Positions 57,355 through 64,000 of a DNA stretch of 64,000 nt are shown here, one piece after another. Every line of letters starts with the position of its first letter. Position 1 is the first letter of the stretch. The position numbers and the translations under genes were made by a program. The notes beneath the pieces are model-generated. The model made no database searches and was not told the origin of the DNA. It saw only the letters and a list, made by a program, of their open reading frames with translations. Source of the DNA: an uncultured Erysipelotrichales bacterium (GTDB lineage: Bacteria > Bacillota_I > Bacilli_A > Erysipelotrichales > Coprobacillaceae); assembly GCA_964372125.1 (NCBI GenBank), contig CAYJPL010000006.1, positions 15,466 to 79,465 of the forward strand, in the 5' to 3' direction.

Positions 57355-60300
57355 ATGAAAATATATGACCATTTATTGCAGAAGATTGCTTCTCAAGTGT
57401 ATGAAAAGCTGACAGATTTAAGCGTTACATGCTATAAAAGTAATGAACCAATAGATTTTTATAAAAAAGAAGAAAAAGAAATGAGTAAGCTAAATGTTGG
57501 TGAAACGTGGGGTTCACTTTTTGATTGTGCATGGTTTATTTTAGAAGGAAAAATACCAAAGTACAATAGCTCTAAGAATTTAGTATTACAGGTCGATATT
57601 GGTGGCGAGGGTGTTGTTTATGATAAAAATTTTAATATCTTAGCTAGTATTACAAATAAAAAGTCATCTTATGGGATTCCGCCTGATAAACCGGGGAAAT
57701 GGATTATTGATCTAAATAAATGTAAATCAGGCGATGATGTAGTTTTTTATGTAGATGGAAGTTGTAATGATTTGTTTGGCTATGTACAAGATGGAGGCAG
57801 AATATCAGATGCATCTATTGCTACGATTAACTTAGATTTAAAAGAATTATACTATGATTTAGAAGTTTTGATAGATTGGTATAATGGTACGAGTGCAGTC
57901 TCTTCACATCAACCCAAAGGGGCAAGTGAGGACGAAATAAATAAACAGGATTTAGCAATTGATGAATTAGAAAATATTCTCCTACAAGTTAGTGAGATAT
58001 TAAAAGAACTGAATTCTAAAAATATTAAAAAAGCAAAAAATATTATAGATAAATTTTATAAACAAAGAAGTAATAATAAATCTCTTGAAATATTGGCAAC
58101 AGGACATGCACACCTAGATATTGCTTGGATGTGGCCAGTTAGAGAGGGACGTAGAAAGGCACTTAGAACCTTTGCAACTGCTCTATACAACATTGAGAAA
58201 TACGATGACTATATTTTTGGGGCATCTCAACAACAATTATTTGAATATGTAAAGCATGATGATGAAAAATTATTTATGCGTATAAAAGAACAAGTTAAAA
58301 AAAACAGATTTGAAATACAAGGATCATTTTGGGTAGAAAGCGATTTAAATATCCCTTGTGGTGAATCTTTAATTAGACAAATTCACTATGGAAAAAAATT
58401 TAATAAAGAGGAGTTTGATATTACATCAAATTATCTCTGGCAACCGGATGTTTTTGGTTTCACTGCGAGTATTCCACAAATATTAAAAAAATCAGGGTTG
58501 GAGTATATGTGCTCGCAAAAATTATCCCAAAATATGATAAATAAGTTTCCACATCACTCATTTAAATGGGAGGGAAATGATGATTCGTATGTTTTAGTTC
58601 ACCACTTCCCTGAAAACACATATGACTCAAGAGCAAGAGTAAACTCTGTATTAAAACTTGAACGAAACTACATTGAAAAAGACATAGTACCAATAGCTTT
58701 ATTGGTTTATGGGGTTGGAGATGGAGGTGCCGGACCTGGTGAAGAACATCTAGAAAGAATAAAAAGGATTAAAGACTTAAAGTATCTACCAAAAGTAAAA
58801 AATTCAAGGGTGGATAGCTTTTTAAAAGAATTTTCAAAATATGAAGAAAAACTCCCTATTATAAATGGTGAACTTTACTTTGAAAGACATCAAGGAACAT
58901 ATACTACAGAAGCATTAAATAAAAAAGGTAATCGTGACATGGAATATCTTTTAAAAGAATATGAATATCTAATTGCTATAAACAAATATAATTTAAATGA
59001 AAATGTTGATTGTGAGGAACTTGATGAAATTTGGAAAGAAGTATTGTTATATCAATTTCATGATATTATCCCAGGATCATCGATAGTTCGTGTTTATAAG
59101 GAATCGAGAGCACGCTACGAAATTTTAATAAAAAAATTAAAGTCAATGATAGATAAGGAATATGAAAAAGTCTTAGGAAAAAAAGCAGGACAGAAAGTAA
59201 TCATAAACAATTCATCGATAGATAGAGATGAACTCATAACTATTGATGGGAAGTGGTATGATATATCTGTTAAAGCGTTATCGTTTAGTAGGCTTGATAA
59301 CAATTCTATAAGTGGAAATATTTCAGTAGATATTGAAAATAAAATTATTGAAAGCAATAGTCTAAAGGTTGAATTCAATAATAATGGTGCGCTAACTCGT
59401 CTATATAATAAAAGTCTAAATAAAGAATTTATTGATGGTAAAAGATTGGAACACAATGTCTTTATCTATACTGAAAGAGCTAATGAATATCCCGCTTGGG
59501 ACTTTGATGAAAATTATCGAAAAGGTGTTCTTGAACATCCGAAAATAAAAAAAATCAGTATTGAAAATGATGATATGAGAGCTGTTGCAAAAATGACATA
59601 CACATACAAAAAATCAAGTTTCACCTTGGAATACATTGTCATAGAGGGAAGTCAAAGAGTCGATATAAAAGGATATTTTGATTGGAAAGATATTGATACC
59701 ACTGTTAAAATTACTTATCCGATTACGGTAAAATCTAAGGATGCTCTATGTAATATTCAATATGGTAATATTAATCGACCAACCCATTCTAATACTAGTC
59801 ATGATTATGCAATGGATGAAATTTGTGCACATAAATTTGTTGATATAAGTGAAAGGGATTATGGTATTGCTATGCTTTCTACTTGTAAGTATGGTTTTAG
59901 AGTTAAAGATCAGAGTTTAGAAGTAACAATTCTTAGAAGCCAAAAGAAACCAGGGGAGGAAATAGGGATTGCAGGTAGTCCTGATTTTACTAATAATAAT
60001 TTTGGAGATTTAACAGAACATGAATTCTTGTATTCTATCTTTACTCACAATAATAAAAATAGAGAAGTTGATCTTTATAATGAAGCAATTGCGATAAACA
60101 TGCCTATTATAGTTGCCAACGCTGATGAAAAGCACCTTGCTAAAGGGAACTCATTTGTTCGTATAAATAACAAAAATACGATAATTGATTATGTGAAAGT
60201 TGCTTTTGAAAAAAATGGCTATGTAGTTAGAGTTCTAAATTTAACAAATGAACCACAAGAAGTTCGATTTCTAGATTATCCTAATCATTCCAAAGTTTCA

Positions 60301-60399
60301 ATTACTAATTTACAGGAAGAATTTGAAGAGAAATTTGATATAGCATATAATTTCAAATTAAAAAAGTATGAAGTTAAAACATTCTTATTTGAAGAATAG
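57355..60399 (+). CDS. GH38 alpha-mannosidase, no signal peptide
   Basis: 1014 aa. TGHAHLDIAWMWPVREGRRK metal-site motif, WQPDVFGF nucleophile region and YFERHQGTYT. The RBS is weak, so the start is uncertain. Confidence 0.88.
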   Translation: MKIYDHLLQKIASQVYEKLTDLSVTCYKSNEPIDFYKKEEKEMSKLNVGETWGSLFDCAWFILEGKIPKYNSSKNLVLQVDIGGEGVVYDKNFNILASITNKKSSYGIPPDKPGKWIIDLNKCKSGDDVVFYVDGSCNDLFGYVQDGGRISDASIATINLDLKELYYDLEVLIDWYNGTSAVSSHQPKGASEDEINKQDLAIDELENILLQVSEILKELNSKNIKKAKNIIDKFYKQRSNNKSLEILATGHAHLDIAWMWPVREGRRKALRTFATALYNIEKYDDYIFGASQQQLFEYVKHDDEKLFMRIKEQVKKNRFEIQGSFWVESDLNIPCGESLIRQIHYGKKFNKEEFDITSNYLWQPDVFGFTASIPQILKKSGLEYMCSQKLSQNMINKFPHHSFKWEGNDDSYVLVHHFPENTYDSRARVNSVLKLERNYIEKDIVPIALLVYGVGDGGAGPGEEHLERIKRIKDLKYLPKVKNSRVDSFLKEFSKYEEKLPIINGELYFERHQGTYTTEALNKKGNRDMEYLLKEYEYLIAINKYNLNENVDCEELDEIWKEVLLYQFHDIIPGSSIVRVYKESRARYEILIKKLKSMIDKEYEKVLGKKAGQKVIINNSSIDRDELITIDGKWYDISVKALSFSRLDNNSISGNISVDIENKIIESNSLKVEFNNNGALTRLYNKSLNKEFIDGKRLEHNVFIYTERANEYPAWDFDENYRKGVLEHPKIKKISIENDDMRAVAKMTYTYKKSSFTLEYIVIEGSQRVDIKGYFDWKDIDTTVKITYPITVKSKDALCNIQYGNINRPTHSNTSHDYAMDEICAHKFVDISERDYGIAMLSTCKYGFRVKDQSLEVTILRSQKKPGEEIGIAGSPDFTNNNFGDLTEHEFLYSIFTHNNKNREVDLYNEAIAINMPIIVANADEKHLAKGNSFVRINNKNTIIDYVKVAFEKNGYVVRVLNLTNEPQEVRFLDYPNHSKVSITNLQEEFEEKFDIAYNFKLKKYEVKTFLFEE

Positions 60400-60634
60400 A
60401 TGATTTTTATTAAAATAATCATAAATTTACTATCAAAATAAAAGAAGTACTACTAATATTGCTTATTATGTTTAAGTCGAAAATTCTTTGATATTTTGAC
60501 TAGCGCAGATATTAAGGTTTTTCTTAAGATATTTGAAAAGCTCGTGCGAACAGTTTAAGGGATTATATATAACAAGTGCTGGTGGTAGTAAATATAACAG
60601 TTTTATACTACAAAAAGAGAAAAGAGGTAATAAA

Positions 60635-62431
60635 GTGAATATAGCAGCAATAAAACATGAAACAAAAAGTAGATATGCATATGCATATGATGAAACAACA
60701 TTACATTTAAAAATAATGGTTGCCAAAAATGATATTAAAGGTGGATATGTAAAAGCAGCAGATCCCTTTAATTGGTTTCCGGATGAAAGTGGAGAATATA
60801 AATTTGATTTAAGTAGTGCCTATAATGAAAATTTACAATATATTGGAGAAACACAAAGTCATGATGTATATTTTTGTGAACTTAAGAACTGTGATTCAAA
60901 AAGAATCCGTTATAGCTTTATATTAGAAGGAAACGATGGTAAAACATATAGCTATGGAGTTAAGTGCTTAGATGTAACAAGTAATCTTGATAAAATCGAT
61001 GGGTTATATAATTCATTAAACTTCCCGTTTCTTAATGAAGAGGATATATACACTGCACCCTCTTGGGTAAAAGATGCAATTTGGTATCAAATTAATGTTG
61101 GAAGTTATAGTAAAGATGGTGCATCTTGTAAAACAAATACAGAAGGAAATTTAAAAGGTTTAATTCATAAACTAGACTATATTCAAGAAATGGGGTATAC
61201 AGCTTTATATTTTACTCCTATTTTTGAAGGTGCAAGTTGGCATAATTATGATACAACGGATTATTTTAAGATTGCTCCATATTTAGGAACAAATGAAGAT
61301 TTTAAGGAGTTTATGGAAGAAGCTCACAAACGTGGTTTAAAAGTTATGTTAGATGGTGTGTTTAATCATTGTGGTCCACTTCATCCATTTTTCCAAGATG
61401 TAATAAAACATGGGAAAGATTCTAAATACTTTGATTGTTTCTACATTTATGATGAAAATAAGCCAGTTATTAAAGGTGAAGTACAAGAAGATGGTTTGTA
61501 CAAAGAGGAAGTTGCTAAAGACTTAAATTATCGCACATTTGGATATACATCATGGATGCCAAAAATAAATACAGGTCATCCTTTATGGCAAGAGCATTTA
61601 TTAGAAGTTGGACGTTACTGGGTTGAAGAATATGGTATAGATGGATGGCGTCTTGATGTATCAAATGAAGTATCACATGATTTTTGGAAAACCTATCGTA
61701 AAGTTGTTAAAGGAGCAAACCCAGATTGTTATATTATGGGTGAAAACTGGGATGATTCATACCCATGGTTACAAGGAGATCAATTTGATTCTGTAATGAA
61801 CTATTCATTTACAAATGCAATGTGGGGATTATTGAATCATAAACTAACAAATAAAATACCCCTTACAGTAAAAGGATATATGCAATCAATTAATGAAATG
61901 CAAGTAATGTATCCAAGTGGTGTAAATGAACATATGTTTAACTTGATATCAAGTCATGATGTCGATAGAATATTAAACTCATTAGATAATGATGTAAGTA
62001 AAGTACTTCAAGCATATGTATTATTAATGACATATAGTGGATCACCTTGTGTATATTACGGAGATGAGATTGGTATGGTCGGAAAAGAACTATCAAATCG
62101 TACACCAATGATATGGGATAAAGAAAATCAAAATACAACAATCCAAGAACATGTAAAAAGATTAATTCAATTACGTAAAACGTATCCAGCATTAAAAGCT
62201 AATAACTTTACATGGAATATGACAGATGAAGATAAAGGAATATTAGTATTTACTAAAGAAGGAGATGACGCAGTAACTGTTATTTTAAACGTATCATCAA
62301 GCAAACAAAATGTAATTCTTCCTGAAGTAATGCATAACCAAGATATTATCGATATCTATAATGAAAAAACAATATCAGTACAAAAAGGAGTTGATGTAGA
62401 AGCACAAGGGTTCTACATCATTAAGAAATAA
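60635..62431 (+). CDS. GH13 alpha-glycosidase of the cyclomaltodextrinase/neopullulanase type
   Basis: DGVFNHCG, GWRLDVSNE, GENW and ISSHDVDR. N-terminus VNIAAIKHETKSRYAYAYDETTLHLKI. My preferred start is the GTG at 60635 after AGAGG; the ORF track starts at 60533. Confidence 0.8.
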   Translation: MNIAAIKHETKSRYAYAYDETTLHLKIMVAKNDIKGGYVKAADPFNWFPDESGEYKFDLSSAYNENLQYIGETQSHDVYFCELKNCDSKRIRYSFILEGNDGKTYSYGVKCLDVTSNLDKIDGLYNSLNFPFLNEEDIYTAPSWVKDAIWYQINVGSYSKDGASCKTNTEGNLKGLIHKLDYIQEMGYTALYFTPIFEGASWHNYDTTDYFKIAPYLGTNEDFKEFMEEAHKRGLKVMLDGVFNHCGPLHPFFQDVIKHGKDSKYFDCFYIYDENKPVIKGEVQEDGLYKEEVAKDLNYRTFGYTSWMPKINTGHPLWQEHLLEVGRYWVEEYGIDGWRLDVSNEVSHDFWKTYRKVVKGANPDCYIMGENWDDSYPWLQGDQFDSVMNYSFTNAMWGLLNHKLTNKIPLTVKGYMQSINEMQVMYPSGVNEHMFNLISSHDVDRILNSLDNDVSKVLQAYVLLMTYSGSPCVYYGDEIGMVGKELSNRTPMIWDKENQNTTIQEHVKRLIQLRKTYPALKANNFTWNMTDEDKGILVFTKEGDDAVTVILNVSSSKQNVILPEVMHNQDIIDIYNEKTISVQKGVDVEAQGFYIIKK

Positions 62432-62432
62432 T

Positions 62433-63224
62433 ATGATAATTGATGCACACATTCATATGGGTGAGTTTGATTCTATAAATGGCCCAATAGATATGTCGCC
62501 TGAGATTATTTTAGAATCTATGAAAAAATATGATGTTAACTTCTGTATTTTATCAAATATCAATGGTAATGAAGCCAACCATAATGGAAGTATTTGCAGT
62601 GATGAATATCGCAATCAAGTCGATGTAAATATTGAAGCTATTGAATTTGTAAAACAACATAAGGATAAACTAGCGCTATTACTATGGGCAAGGCCAAGGC
62701 TAGAGGGTGAAGATGATAACTTTGAAAAGCTCATTAAAGATAACTTAGATATTGTTAAAGGAATCAAAGTTCATCCATTACACTCATTATTAGAAATAGA
62801 TGATCCTAAGATGGAATATTATATAAATTTATGCGATAAGTACAGTTTGCCAATGATGATACATACAGCAAATACGTTTTCACATCCTCAAAAAGTATAT
62901 GAAGTAGCAAAAAAAAATCCTACAGTAAATTTTGTTATGGGGCATATGGGACTAGGTATGGATAATACTATTGCTGCAAAGTTAATGGCAAAACAACCAA
63001 ATCTATACGGTGATACTGCATGGGTTCAATATGATAGACTGCCAGAATTAATCACAATTTGTGGAGCACATAAAATTATATTTGGCACAGATAGTCCAAT
63101 TGATGGTTTGGATACTTATGGAAAAGATTTTTATCAACTATATTTTAAAAATGAATTATTAACAGAAGAACAAACGAACCTTATTTTTATAGAAAATGCA
63201 AGAAAAGTTTATAACATACAATAA
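62433..63224 (+). CDS. metal-dependent amidohydrolase-fold protein (Amidohydro_2-like TIM barrel)
   Basis: MIIDAHIHMG N-terminal HxH motif, MGHMG and FGTDSP. It starts 1 nt after the GH13 stop. Confidence 0.65.
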   Translation: MIIDAHIHMGEFDSINGPIDMSPEIILESMKKYDVNFCILSNINGNEANHNGSICSDEYRNQVDVNIEAIEFVKQHKDKLALLLWARPRLEGEDDNFEKLIKDNLDIVKGIKVHPLHSLLEIDDPKMEYYINLCDKYSLPMMIHTANTFSHPQKVYEVAKKNPTVNFVMGHMGLGMDNTIAAKLMAKQPNLYGDTAWVQYDRLPELITICGAHKIIFGTDSPIDGLDTYGKDFYQLYFKNELLTEEQTNLIFIENARKVYNIQ

Positions 63225-63243
63225 TTGTAGTAAAATACTAATG

Positions 63244-63276
63244 GACAGATAACGAAAATCCAGTTATCTGTCTTTT
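63244..63276 (+). terminator. rho-independent terminator
   Basis: GACAGATAAC-9 nt-GTTATCTGTC followed by TTTT. Confidence 0.8.
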
Positions 63277-63483
63277 AATTTACCGCTATAATTATGTTAA
63301 ACATCTATTTAATATAAAATGACATTACTGTAAATGAATAAATAATCATTAAAATACTTAATACGGTATAATCAAAATAAAAAGTAGTATATATTCAGTA
63401 GTGTGACAAATGAAAACAATAAATAATTGTACAAACGGAAAAGAACAAAAAAGAAAAAATGTGAAAAAAATACGAAAAAATGA

Positions 63484-63512
63484 TTGTAAAATGTAAATCA
63501 TAGTGATAGTAT
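63484..63512 (+). promoter_or_regulatory. candidate promoter of the second giant surface-protein gene
   Basis: TTGTAA, a 17-nt spacer, then an extended -10 TGATAGTAT. By my count about 26 of 33 positions are identical to the promoter at 13101-13133. Confidence 0.45.
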
Positions 63513-63562
63513 GTGTTTTTTGTGTGTGTAAATAAATTACTAATATGAAAGAGGAAACATGA

Positions 63563-64000
63563 GTGAACCGTATTAAGAAACTATTTACACTATTATTAGT
63601 GTCATTTATTGCACTGCAACCGTTATCAACTGTTAATGCAATGGATGAAGAAGTACAAACATCTAGTGAGATATTTAGTGAAGTAAGTGAAATAATTACT
63701 GAATTTCAACTAGAAAATGAAATTACAAATCAAGAAACAACAGTAGGGAGCGATTATGCACTGGAACTACCAGAGAGCATCACTGCCGTTTTTAGTGTTG
63801 TCGATGAAGAAGGGAATATCGTTGAAGCAAGCGCGCCTGCAACAAAGGATGTTGTAGTAACTTGGACTGAAATAGATGCTAAAGAATTTTCAACTGAGAA
63901 TGCTGGTGTATATACATATCAAGCGAGTCTTGTAAACGGTGCAAATACAGTGATAACTGATTTGACAATGCCAGTTATTAATGTTGAAGTAATTGATGAT
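63563..64000 (+). CDS. paralog of the giant surface protein; 5' partial, runs off the window
   Basis: GTG start 8 nt after GAGG. Translation: VNRIKKLFTLLLVSFIALQPLSTVNAMDEE...ITEFQLENEITNQ...VYTYQASLV...MPVINVEVIDD. It is open to the window edge (146 codons) and aligns along its whole length with residues 1-145 of the 13185 gene (roughly 35-40% identity by eye). It is absent from the ORF track. Confidence 0.78.
   Translation, partial: MNRIKKLFTLLLVSFIALQPLSTVNAMDEEVQTSSEIFSEVSEIITEFQLENEITNQETTVGSDYALELPESITAVFSVVDEEGNIVEASAPATKDVVVTWTEIDAKEFSTENAGVYTYQASLVNGANTVITDLTMPVINVEVIDD

Noticed and set aside
1-64000. Looked for defence islands, prophage, IS or integrative elements, toxin-antitoxin pairs, CRISPR arrays, tRNA/rRNA genes and riboswitch-sized leaders.
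   Set aside because: No transposase, integrase, recombinase or phage-like ORFs are present, and there are no spaced direct-repeat arrays or tRNA-like sequences. All intergenic gaps are under 340 bp and are explained by promoters and terminators. An Infernal/tRNAscan/CRISPR-finder run would be needed to exclude small RNAs rigorously.

Overview
This is an AT-rich window (about one-third GC by eye, not computed) that looks like a chromosome segment of a low-GC anaerobic Bacillota, possibly Erysipelotrichia-like; that assignment is a guess. It is densely coding and almost entirely on the + strand.

Gene order:
- nrdG (partial) and nrdD on the - strand, then parA-parB.
- A DUF21/CBS transporter.
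- A dockerin-tagged GH73 peptidoglycan hydrolase and an adjacent membrane-anchored surface protein.
- A stack of 5'-truncated gene remnants: feoB, pssA and an alpha/beta hydrolase.
- An FAD oxidoreductase.
- A 2395-aa sortase-type (VPETG) surface protein.
- A stand-alone MgsA_C-domain protein, then folD, DUF951 and topB.
- A LacI regulator, a MATE pump and a CE4 deacetylase.
- A roughly 22-kb, apparently all-cytoplasmic alpha-glucan/maltodextrin locus: glgP, malQ, several GH13 enzymes, a MalEFG-MsmX-type transporter, GH133, a pullulanase, an esterase and GH31.
- A sulfatase locus: anSME, two AraC regulators, a Cys-type sulfatase, a split ChrA pair, a GH127-like enzyme, GH38, GH13 and an amidohydrolase.
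- The 5' end of a second, paralogous giant surface-protein gene, which is missing from the ORF track.

I found no rRNA, tRNA, CRISPR array, transposase, integrase or phage genes, and I cannot point to a clear-cut novel system.

Best candidates for follow-up:
1. The dockerin-autolysin gene plus its possibly cohesin-like neighbour.
2. The signal-peptide-less sulfatase/ChrA/GH127/GH38 locus.
3. The head-to-tail array of 3' gene fragments.
4. The paralogous giant adhesin genes, which share a promoter core; one also carries a perfect 20-bp palindrome.
5. The stand-alone MgsA_C protein.
6. A repeated GAAAACGTTTTC operator/cre motif linking three promoters.

All family assignments rest on motif recognition by eye, not database searches.
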